A stretch of DNA of 64,000 nt from Dehalococcoidia bacterium (lineage in GTDB: Bacteria > Chloroflexota > Dehalococcoidia > Plut-88900), in the NCBI GenBank assembly GCA_965207225.1, contig CBDBLV010000003.1, positions 1 to 64,000 on the forward strand. The letters run 5' to 3'. Shown here in pieces: positions 20,083 through 28,415 of this stretch. The translations under genes and the position numbers were made by a program. Under the pieces are notes generated by a model that was given only the letters and a program-made list of their open reading frames with translations, searched no databases and was not told the origin of the DNA. How positions within the stretch are numbered: position 1 is the stretch's first letter; the number at the start of each line of letters is the position of its first letter.

Positions 20083-21439
20083 GCATCTTTTTGTCATTTC
20101 CGACCGGACTGGGGACTTTCACGAAAGTGTTCACAGATTATGCGGACAAAAGGCCGATTTACCCCTGTCTCAGCTTTGCCGCGACCCGTTTGATGCGTCA
20201 CCGACAAAACTCAGATTCGTGTACACCCCTCGCACTGCGCCGACGGCCTCGATTTTCGAAGACCTCGGAAGGGGTCCCCTGGACGCCCCCATCTTGGAGG
20301 GCTGATGTCCCCATCAGAGCATCCACCATTCTCACGACACCACGGGTTCCATGCGCCCAACGTCGCCGTTCACGTCGTCCCGTTCAACCTGTCCGACACA
20401 GACGAACAATCAGGAACCGTAGGCCATGCATTCAGACTCTACGGCGATCCTGCGCTTCGGCTTGGCGATCATCTCTGCGTCCCGGCTGACGCTCACCGCA
20501 GCCTCTCTTGCCTGCTGACCCATCCCGATTTCAGCCTTTCCATCGCCTCGCAAAAATCCAACTTTCAGCTATGGCCTTTCCAACTCGGACCCCAGGTCAG
20601 GCACTTGCATAAACGCAACTCTCAGCTACGGCTCATCCAGCTCCAGACCGGAACGTACCCGCAAGTCGAACTGTTCACTGGTTACGGCCTGTAGAGGCCG
20701 ATTTCTCCCTTCATCAGCTACGAAACGACCCGACTTGGATTTTTCCAACTGACTTCATATCCCTGTACAGCCCTGCGGCATCGCTATAGGGCTTGTTGGC
20801 CCGAGGCCCTACATGGGCGCTCATGTGAGTGCCCTCGCAGGTAGTTACGCCCGGTATCTCGACCGCTCAGACTGGAACGCACATCCCTGGCCCATGCAAC
20901 GCCGGGACGGGATGAGCGACATGAGAGACGCCAACTTGAGAAATCCATCGACTGACCGCCGGACGATGGCGGACCCCGCCGAGCAGCGGGAGGCAGTGCG
21001 CCCACCTTCGGCGGCAGGCGTCCCGGTCCCTGTCAGTACCCAAGCCGCTTGCTGAGCGTGAGGGCGGCGACTGAGAGGCCGACCGGCCCGGATTTCCACT
21101 TCAAGCCACTACGCCGTTAGGTTCTCAAACCTCACCGGCACTTTGTCCACTTTCGTAGCTGCCGCTGTCCAGTGGCGCCCGACTCGCTCACCGGCGTTTT
21201 GTCCACTCCCCTAGCTGACACTGTCCGGTAGGGGTGGAGGGAGCACCGGAATCGAATTGCTTACTCCGATGCGACAGGCTTCCCCATCCGCTTCGATTCC
21301 AGCTACGACATCGCCCGATTGCCTCTTGTCCGCCAAAGCCCAATTGCTGTACACGGGTACGACCTCATCGACGACGCCATGAATGGCTCGCCCTGAAAGG
21401 GAGGATGTGGGCGTCCCCTCCGGGATGCTGGATTGCCTC

Positions 21440-21468
21440 TTGCATTGATTCTGTATCTGGAATATAAT
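21440..21468 (+). promoter_or_regulatory. sigma70-type promoter of the TA operon (probably leaderless transcript)
   Basis: TTGCAT-17 bp-TATAAT; ATG 6 nt downstream with no RBS. Confidence 0.65.
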
Positions 21469-21474
21469 ACGCTC

Positions 21475-21837
21475 ATGACCTGGGAGGTCGAGTACACGGA
21501 CGAGTTCGGGGAGTGGTGGCGGGAACTCTCGGAGGGCCAGCAGGACGCAGTGGCCGCCAGAGTCGAGTTGCTCATGGAGCACGGCACCAACCTGCCGTAC
21601 CCCTTCTCCTCGGACATCAGAAGCACAAGGCACGGGGTCATGCGGGAGCTTCGAGCGCAGAGCGGCGGGAGGCCCCTCAGGGTCTTCTACGCCTTCGACC
21701 CCAGGCGAACGTCGATCCTGCTCATCAGAGGAGACAAGACGAGCAGCGACCGGTTCTACGAGGAGTACGTGCCGGTGGCCTACGGCCTCTACGACGAGCA
21801 TCTGGAAGATCTGCGAAAGGAGGGGTTGATCCAATGA
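21475..21837 (+). CDS. RelE/HigB-family toxin
   Basis: WEVEYTDEFGEWW...MRELRAQSGGRPLRVFYAFDPRR; toxin-first gene order. Confidence 0.88.
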   Translation: MTWEVEYTDEFGEWWRELSEGQQDAVAARVELLMEHGTNLPYPFSSDIRSTRHGVMRELRAQSGGRPLRVFYAFDPRRTSILLIRGDKTSSDRFYEEYVPVAYGLYDEHLEDLRKEGLIQ

Positions 21838-22169
21838 GTGGACGTCATCCGTTCAGCGAGTTGACCAGGGACTTCACGCCGGAGCGCCGACGGCGCATTG
21901 AGGAGATGAAGGGTGAGTTGCTCGCCGAGATGCCGCTGCACGAGCTTCGCCGGGCGCGGGAGTTGACCCAGCGGGACATGGCGAAGCTGCTGAAGGTGAA
22001 CCAGCCCGCCGTCTCCAAGATGGAGCAGCGGGCGGACGTGTACGTTTCCAGCCTGCGGTCCTACATCGAGGCCGTGGGCGGGAAGCTCAAGATCGTGGCC
22101 GAGTTTCCCGAAGGTGAGATCGCCATCACCAACTTCTCCGACGTGGGAGAGGCCAAGGAGACTACGTAG
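21834..22169 (+). CDS. HigA-like XRE antitoxin
   Basis: ATGA overlap with toxin; LHELRRARELTQ...VSKMEQRAD...YIEAVGGKL. Confidence 0.88.
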   Translation: MSGRHPFSELTRDFTPERRRRIEEMKGELLAEMPLHELRRARELTQRDMAKLLKVNQPAVSKMEQRADVYVSSLRSYIEAVGGKLKIVAEFPEGEIAITNFSDVGEAKETT

Positions 22170-22192
22170 TTGGACGGCGGTGTAGAAGCAAG

Positions 22193-23260
22193 ATGATGAA
22201 TGACCCTCATTGGCAATCTCTATCTCGTTTTGAGTCCTACGATTTCGTATCGCGCTGGTATGAGAAAGCTCACAAGAGAGTGCCGAGCGCCGCGAAGGTC
22301 TCGCAAATCAATGCTTGTTTCATCCAGGGTCGTGAGTACTTCTCAAACGCCCGTTCCTCAGCGATGGCCGTAAAGCCGCTGCTGCTCTACTACGGTGCAT
22401 TGTCCCTCAGCAGAGGAGTCATTCTCGCAAACAATCCCAACAAAAAAGAGGAGTCTCTCAAGCCAACACACGGATTGGAACCTGTTGACTGGCAGGGAAC
22501 ATTGAAAGGCCACATCAGCAACGTGCTGGAATTGCAGATACGCGCTACTGACGGAACATTCTCCGAACTGGCAGAGGTTTGCCATAACTTGAAGACGATG
22601 CACAAGTTTCAAGGCCCGACCGACCGGATGGGTTCGGATGGTCACAATTTGGGAGACATCGAATTCGCCAGAGGCCAGAGCATGTTGACGCTCGACGACT
22701 TGATTTCTCGACTGATACGAACAGGAGGGATGTACGAGGAAATTACTGGAAAGCCGGGCAGAATGTTCACGGGTTGCAGAATCGCATCGCATCCACCTGG
22801 CACGCATTTTGCCTTTCCCCTAGTAGGAATTCCTTCAGAGCTGAAGAAACTCTCTGATGGTACGAATGTCATCATAGGTTCGTCTAATCAGATCGCACCC
22901 GGATTGATGCAGAGTGATGATGCCGGAGACACATTGATCTTTGTTCACAAGGGTCACGCGGCATACGAAAACGCCAACAAGCTGTTCCCGGTTTCCCATT
23001 ACGAGAGCGGTGAGTTCATGGCCACTGTCCTGGATTTTCCGAATGGCGACAAGATGACAGAATTCTTCAAGCTATATTTGGTCTCGTACTGCCTTGGGAT
23101 GCTGTGCCGGTATTACCCCTCGGTCTGGATGGCGCTATTGCGGAACGAAAAGGGAGATTTCGCTCAGCCCCTCTTGGTCAGGGCTGTCGAAGCAATTGAA
23201 AGCGACTTTCCAGAGAATGCGTTACACCAATTGACAGGGTATCCGAAGAAGCTGACTTAG
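22193..23260 (+). CDS. YaaC-like protein
   Basis: QGREYF...KPLLLYYG...HGL...LGMLCRYYPSVW motifs; lower GC than flanks. Confidence 0.7.
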   Translation: MMNDPHWQSLSRFESYDFVSRWYEKAHKRVPSAAKVSQINACFIQGREYFSNARSSAMAVKPLLLYYGALSLSRGVILANNPNKKEESLKPTHGLEPVDWQGTLKGHISNVLELQIRATDGTFSELAEVCHNLKTMHKFQGPTDRMGSDGHNLGDIEFARGQSMLTLDDLISRLIRTGGMYEEITGKPGRMFTGCRIASHPPGTHFAFPLVGIPSELKKLSDGTNVIIGSSNQIAPGLMQSDDAGDTLIFVHKGHAAYENANKLFPVSHYESGEFMATVLDFPNGDKMTEFFKLYLVSYCLGMLCRYYPSVWMALLRNEKGDFAQPLLVRAVEAIESDFPENALHQLTGYPKKLT

Positions 23261-24943
23261 ATGAAGCAGGAGGACGACATGAAGAAGAAGCATCTACAGC
23301 CCCTGACGTCGGCGGTGCTCTACGCCAGGGTGTCCAGCGACCGCCAGGACATGGACCTGTCCGTGTCCGCACAGCTGCGGGCGCTCAAGGAGTACGCGAA
23401 GGCCAACGGCTACTCCGTTGCCAGGGAGTACATCGACGAGGCCGAGAGCGGCAGAGTCGCCGACCGGCCCCAGTTCCGGGAGATGATCGAGGAGGGATCC
23501 AAGCCCCAGGCTCCTTTTGAAGTGATTCTCGTCTGGAAGTTTTCGAGGTTCACCAGGAAGCGGGAGCACGCCGTGGCCTTCAAGTCCCAGCTGCGGCGCA
23601 AGGGCATCCGCGTGGTGTCCATCACCGAGCAGGCCGAGGACAACGCCACTGGCAGGTTGCTTGAGGGCATCATCGAGAGCGTGGACGAATATTACAGCGA
23701 AAATCTTGCGCAGGAGGTCGTCCGGGGCATGAGGGAGGCCGCGTCGAGAGGTTTCTTCCTCGGCTCCAAGGCCCCCTTTGGCTACCGGAAGATCAAGGTG
23801 CAGGACGGGGCGAAGGAGCGTCCCACCCTGGAGGTGGACCCGGCCACCGCCCCGGTGGTGAGGGAGATATTTCAGAAGTCCCTGGGAGGCCACGGCCTCA
23901 AGGAACTGTGCAGGGAGTTGAACGAGAGGGGCGTCACCAATCGGGGCAAGCGCTGGTACAAGGGCGGTCTCCACTACGTGCTGCGAAACGAAGCCTATAC
24001 GGGAACCGCAGTGTGGGGACTCAAAGGCAAGGGAGAGAAGGCCCAGGACCCGGTGAGGGTCAAGGGAGCGTGGCCCGCCCTGGTGTCGAAGGAGCTGTAC
24101 GACGAGGTGCAGCGGGCGATGAGCGAGCGGGCCCCGAAGGTGCAGAGGCCCGGCAGAGTGGGGAGCCAGTACCTGCTGAGCGGGCTGCTCAAGTGCGGTG
24201 TGTGCGGCAGGCCCTACTCGGCCCAGGGAGCCAAGAGTGGACAGTTCGCCTACTACATCTGCGGCACGCTGTTCAGAGAGGGAGCGGGGACGTGCAGCGC
24301 CCGCTACCTGAACGCCCCCAAGCTGGAGACCTTTGTGGTTGAGAAGATCAGGGAGCGAATCCTGACCGAGGAGACCATTGTGGAGCTTGTGCAGCTTGTG
24401 GCGGAGGAGATAGACGCGATGGCGGGAGAGCTGTCCGATAGGCTGGAGACGGTGGAGACTGAGCTAGGAGACGTGCGGAGGCGTCTGGGGAAGCTCTACG
24501 AGGCCATCGAGACGAGCGAGTTGACCCTGGAGATGCTCTCGCCCCGCATCATGTCCCTGCGGCACCGCGAGGAGCAGCTTGAGGCTGCCAGGGAGGACGC
24601 CGAGGCGCAGCTTGAGCGGCGCAGGGTTGCCCTACCCGACGCAGAGGAGATAGCGGAGTACGTGGAGGACTTCCGGGAGTTCCTGAAGGAGGGGACGATC
24701 CCCGAGCGCAAGGCGCTGATCCGCAACTTCGTCGAGGGCATCGAGGTGGTGGGAGACGAGGCGACGCTGACGTACACGGTGCCCATGCCCAGGGACGGAG
24801 TGAGGCGGGAGTCGGCCTCGGTTCTTGATTTCGTCCAGTCCGGCCCACCAGACTTGACGGTAGACAGAACCGGGGCGTGGAGAGCCACCTCCTCGGCGTC
24901 CCTTCCGCCTATGGGAGCATCATCCGGCATAGGTATGGTGTAG
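23261..24943 (+). CDS. large serine recombinase Int1a (resolvase + recombinase + Zn ribbon)
   Basis: LYARVSS catalytic motif, LLSGLLKCGVCG Zn ribbon, coiled coil; alternative start 23279; last ~28 aa are read-through across the att site. Confidence 0.95.
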   Translation: MKQEDDMKKKHLQPLTSAVLYARVSSDRQDMDLSVSAQLRALKEYAKANGYSVAREYIDEAESGRVADRPQFREMIEEGSKPQAPFEVILVWKFSRFTRKREHAVAFKSQLRRKGIRVVSITEQAEDNATGRLLEGIIESVDEYYSENLAQEVVRGMREAASRGFFLGSKAPFGYRKIKVQDGAKERPTLEVDPATAPVVREIFQKSLGGHGLKELCRELNERGVTNRGKRWYKGGLHYVLRNEAYTGTAVWGLKGKGEKAQDPVRVKGAWPALVSKELYDEVQRAMSERAPKVQRPGRVGSQYLLSGLLKCGVCGRPYSAQGAKSGQFAYYICGTLFREGAGTCSARYLNAPKLETFVVEKIRERILTEETIVELVQLVAEEIDAMAGELSDRLETVETELGDVRRRLGKLYEAIETSELTLEMLSPRIMSLRHREEQLEAAREDAEAQLERRRVALPDAEEIAEYVEDFREFLKEGTIPERKALIRNFVEGIEVVGDEATLTYTVPMPRDGVRRESASVLDFVQSGPPDLTVDRTGAWRATSSASLPPMGASSGIGMV

Positions 24944-26427
24944 CGCAGCAAAGCGTTGCCGGGCATCACCACGATCTCCTTCACGAAGGACTCGATGAAG
25001 GCCCTGCGTTCGGTCAGTTCGCTCTTGTTGAGGAACATGCTCATGTCCTGGGCATAGGCCGTGATGGTCTCCACGTCGTCCAGCACCTCCCTGCGCTGGG
25101 AGAGCATCGCACGTGCCTCCTGCGCTGACGCCTCCAGCTTCTCCTGCCGCTCCCTGTGGTCTCTGATGCGGGGCTTGAAGTCCTCGATGTCCAGGTCCGT
25201 GGTCTCCGCCAGGTCGTAGAGCCGTCCCAGCCTGCGCTTCACGTCCTCTAGCTCTGCCTCGACGGTCTGAAGCTTCTGCCGCTGCTCCCTGGCGATGCCG
25301 TCCATCTCCTCGTCCACCAGCTTCACCAGCTCCCGGATGTTGGACTCGGTGAGCACGTTCTCCCTGATCTTGCCCACCACCATCTCCTCGAAGCGCCGGG
25401 CGTTGAGCCTGGGGGTCTCGCAGGCGTCCCTGCCCCGCTTCATGATGGACTGGCAGACGTAGTAGGCGTACTTCCCGCTCTTGGCGTCCTGGCCGCTGAG
25501 CGCCCCGTTGCACGTCCTGCACCGGACCATCCCGCTGAGCAGGTAGGTGCTGCCGACCCTGCGGGGGTGCGTCTTCCTGGGCGCCCTTGAACGCATCCGC
25601 CTGTTCACCCTCTTGAACTGCGCCTTCGAGATGATTCCGGGGAAGGCCTTGTCCACTCTGACCGGCTCGGCCTTGTCCTTCCCGCCGACGCCCCACAGAA
25701 GGGTTCCCGTGTAGGCTTCGTTGCGGAGAATGATGTGGACGCCGTTCTTGGACCAGAGCCTGCCCGTAGGGTTGGCGATGCCCTCGGCGTTGAGGGTCTG
25801 GGTGATGTCCAGGATGCCCCTGCCCGACTCGGCCATGGAGAAGATGCGCTGCACCACGGGAGCGGTGGCGGGATCGGGTTCCAGGGTGGGTCTCTTCTTG
25901 GCCCCGTCCTGTACCATGCGCTTCTGGTAGCCATAGGGCACCCTGCTTGCGACCCAGAAGCCGCGTGAGGCGGCCTCCCGCATCCCCCGGCGAACCTCCT
26001 CTGCCAAATTTTCGCTATAGAATTCATCGACCGACTCGATGATGGCCTCCATGAGCCTGCCGGTGGCGGAGTCGTCGGCGTGCTCGGTGATGGACACGAC
26101 GCGGACGCCCTTGCGCCTGAGCATGGACTTGAAGGCAACGGCGTGCTCCCGCTTACGGGTGAACCTGCTAAATTTCCAGACCAATATCTCCGCAAACGGG
26201 GCCTCCGGCTTGCTGGCCTCGTCCAGCATCTTGCGGAACTCCGGTCTGTCGGCGATGCGGCCGCTCTCGGCCTCGTCGATGTACTCCCGTGCGACGGTGT
26301 AGCCGTTCTTGTCGGCGTGGTCGCGCAATGCCCGCAGCTGGGCGGCGACGGACAGGTCCACGTCCTGCCGATCGCTGGATACCCTGGCGTACAGGGCCAC
26401 GGGGGTCGGGGTTGTTTCGTTAATCAT
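24496..26427 (-). CDS. large serine recombinase Int2a, convergent with Int1a
   Basis: LYARVSS, LLSGMVRCRTCNG; ATG 26427 overlaps RHH stop; C-terminal ~115 aa is antisense read-through of int1a. Confidence 0.95.
   Translation of the reverse strand: MINETTPTPVALYARVSSDRQDVDLSVAAQLRALRDHADKNGYTVAREYIDEAESGRIADRPEFRKMLDEASKPEAPFAEILVWKFSRFTRKREHAVAFKSMLRRKGVRVVSITEHADDSATGRLMEAIIESVDEFYSENLAEEVRRGMREAASRGFWVASRVPYGYQKRMVQDGAKKRPTLEPDPATAPVVQRIFSMAESGRGILDITQTLNAEGIANPTGRLWSKNGVHIILRNEAYTGTLLWGVGGKDKAEPVRVDKAFPGIISKAQFKRVNRRMRSRAPRKTHPRRVGSTYLLSGMVRCRTCNGALSGQDAKSGKYAYYVCQSIMKRGRDACETPRLNARRFEEMVVGKIRENVLTESNIRELVKLVDEEMDGIAREQRQKLQTVEAELEDVKRRLGRLYDLAETTDLDIEDFKPRIRDHRERQEKLEASAQEARAMLSQRREVLDDVETITAYAQDMSMFLNKSELTERRAFIESFVKEIVVMPGNALLRYTIPMPDDAPIGGRDAEEVALHAPVLSTVKSGGPDWTKSRTEADSRLTPSLGMGTVYVSVASSPTTSMPSTKLRISALRSGIVPSFRNSRKSSTYSAISSASGRATLRRSSCASASSLAASSCSSRCRRDMMRGESISRVNSLVSMAS
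24820..24871. other. hybrid att site B1 (right junction of element 1a) inside both integrase ORFs
   Basis: GGTTCTTGATTTCGTCCA-gtcc-GGCCCACCAGACTTGA-CGGTAGACAGAACC. Confidence 0.9.
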
Positions 26428-26654
26428 GCCTGTCCTCCTTCGTCTTGGTCGGTCTTTGCAACCGTGCGGGAGCGCAGTCTCTCCAATCGCTCCCGTCTGC
26501 GCCACTCCCGCTCCTCCATGAACAGGCGTATACCCTGCCGGAGGAGCTCGCTCACGGAGAGGTCGTCCTCACGCATCACCCTCCGCACCTGGGCTTCCAT
26601 CTCCGGGGGCAGCGAGAACGTGATGGTCTTGGATCGTCGGGTATTGGTCGGCAT
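26424..26654 (-). CDS. CopG/RHH regulator coupled to int2a
   Basis: KTITFSLPPEM...SVSELLRQGIRLFMEE. Confidence 0.85.
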   Translation of the reverse strand: MPTNTRRSKTITFSLPPEMEAQVRRVMREDDLSVSELLRQGIRLFMEEREWRRRERLERLRSRTVAKTDQDEGGQA

Positions 26655-26686
26655 AGTCTCTCTAGGCTCGCATCCTACATTGCATT

Positions 26687-26726
26687 GTCTTACTCTACAC
26701 TATCGGACGTCCAGCTTCAACTGCAA
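26687..26726 (-). promoter_or_regulatory. promoter with GAGTAAGAC box for RHH-int2a
   Basis: TTGCAG-18 bp-TAGTGT then GAGTAAGAC; same layout as three other promoters in the window. Confidence 0.5.
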
Positions 26727-26747
26727 TAGCCGTGGACGAGGCCGGAC

Positions 26748-28415
26748 TCATGGCCTTCCCATGAAGGCATGGCTGGGTTCCATCACGTCGGGATTGCGCC
26801 AGGCTTTGCCCAGCGGCCCCATCTTCTCCAGTCTCTCCCTATGGGACACCCAAAGGGGCACCCCGACCCTGGCGCGTTCCATCTCCCTGCGAGCCACGCC
26901 GAGGAAGTTGGCCTCGGCCAGGGGGTCGTCGAAGACGATCAGCACCATAGGCCGGTGTCCGTGGTCTTCCAGGGGCCGGTTGGAGGAGTAGTAGCGCAGG
27001 TAGGGTGCGAGGCGGGAGGACATGGTGGACGGGTTCGCAGCCCGGCGCTCGTACTCAAGGAAGAAGGGGAAGGTTTTGCTCCCGGTCTGCACAACGCCGA
27101 AGCCGTCGGGATGGACGGAGCGGAGGCTGCCGCCGTACCGGAAGTACCGGACGGCGTGATGGGGTGGCGCAACCTGCACCACTCGGTAGCCCTTTGTCCC
27201 ATTCGCCTGCCGCTCCAGCGCAGCCATGAACCGGTGCACCGCCTGGGTGTGTTCGATGGTGCGGGCCAGGGGACGGCTTCGAGCGCCCGGCAGGTCTCGC
27301 CAGGACAACGGGGGATGTTCGTCCATCGGCTCGACGCTCCAGCGGCGTACCGCGGCCCCCACGGAGGCACGGTCCCTGCGGGCCAGGAGGGCCAGTCCTC
27401 CATCGCTGAGGGCATAGCGGCGCCGGCCTGCAAAATTAGCCGGCGCGACCAAATCCAACCTGTTCAGGCGCGCGGCAAGCCGCCATGTACGGGAGTCGGA
27501 GAGACCAAGGATGCCCGACAGGTCTTCGACGGTGACCAGAGGCCAGTCGGCGAGGCAGTCCAGCATCCGCTTCTCGGCGGGCTTGAGGGCGGCGGGGAGC
27601 AGATGGTCGGCGGCGTCATCGTCAATATCGCTCAGGTCGGCGTCGTCGGGCAGAGAGAGCCTCGAAGTTGGTCGTTCCCAGGGCAACGTACCGCCCGTGC
27701 GTAGGCGAGCGAGTATCTCGCTGATGGACATGAGTCCGGGAGTGGACGCTCCGTGCCACACCCTGTCTTCGTCCGACAGGCTACCTGCCTCCCGCTCAAG
27801 GGCCAGGTACACCGGGCCGGGATAGGGGCTCAACAGCCGCCGTGCCTGGCGCAGCCTCGGCTCGTCGGGCATGAGAACAAGCAGAGCGCGGGGCCTGGGC
27901 TGCTCCTGGTCCAGGGTACGGCGCACCCGGTCGGAGAAGGATGTCCGGTCGGCGGTGGGACCCTGCCGCAGCACGCCGAAGGTCCGGTTGTCGGGGAGCA
28001 GCATGGCGGCGTCCAGCGGGGCGGCCCGATACCACCTGAAGCGGGGAGGGCCGACCGCGTCCGCCACCGCCGATGTCAGCCGGTAGACAACCGCCAAAGC
28101 GTCCAGCCGTGCCAGGAGGATGCGCCGCCAGTGGGCCGATGCCGGATGCGTCCGCAGAAGACTGTCGATGCCGACCCCGCTCTCCGAGGCCAGCGACCGC
28201 ATCCCCTCTGCTGTGGCGTACCAACGCCTGGTGGTCGTTGTCAGGGGAGAGGCGTGACGTATGGAGCCCGCCAACCCCTTCCGCCGCAGCTGGCCCAAGA
28301 CGTGGCGGGCCGTGCTCTCGGCCATGTCCGATACGGCAGCCAACTCCAGGTAGTCGAGGAAGGGCATGGCCGCCAGGGTCCCCAGGGCCAGCCCTTCTCG
28401 TTCTCCTAGCCTCAT
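26748..28415 (-). CDS. replication-relaxation family protein (duplicated wHTH + nuclease architecture)
   Basis: EHTQAVHRF, VHPDGFG, FFLEYER motifs; adjacent to coupling-protein gene. Confidence 0.75.
   Translation of the reverse strand: MRLGEREGLALGTLAAMPFLDYLELAAVSDMAESTARHVLGQLRRKGLAGSIRHASPLTTTTRRWYATAEGMRSLASESGVGIDSLLRTHPASAHWRRILLARLDALAVVYRLTSAVADAVGPPRFRWYRAAPLDAAMLLPDNRTFGVLRQGPTADRTSFSDRVRRTLDQEQPRPRALLVLMPDEPRLRQARRLLSPYPGPVYLALEREAGSLSDEDRVWHGASTPGLMSISEILARLRTGGTLPWERPTSRLSLPDDADLSDIDDDAADHLLPAALKPAEKRMLDCLADWPLVTVEDLSGILGLSDSRTWRLAARLNRLDLVAPANFAGRRRYALSDGGLALLARRDRASVGAAVRRWSVEPMDEHPPLSWRDLPGARSRPLARTIEHTQAVHRFMAALERQANGTKGYRVVQVAPPHHAVRYFRYGGSLRSVHPDGFGVVQTGSKTFPFFLEYERRAANPSTMSSRLAPYLRYYSSNRPLEDHGHRPMVLIVFDDPLAEANFLGVARREMERARVGVPLWVSHRERLEKMGPLGKAWRNPDVMEPSHAFMGRP

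Larger units (their letters stand above)
11519..24845 (+). mobile_element. integrative element 1a (~13.3 kb) with LSR at right end and defence cargo
   Basis: bounded by reciprocal hybrid att sites in direct orientation; contains LSR, relaxase remnant, RM and TA genes. Confidence 0.85.

Noticed and set aside
19100-21100. Several 80-250 aa ORFs in the backbone region
   Set aside because: No RBS, motifs or consistent strand; region better explained as decayed non-coding backbone
24820-24871. tRNA gene or terminator at the integrase junction
   Set aside because: Only a 9-nt CCA-end resemblance with no cloverleaf; the symmetry is explained by att arms and there is no U-tract
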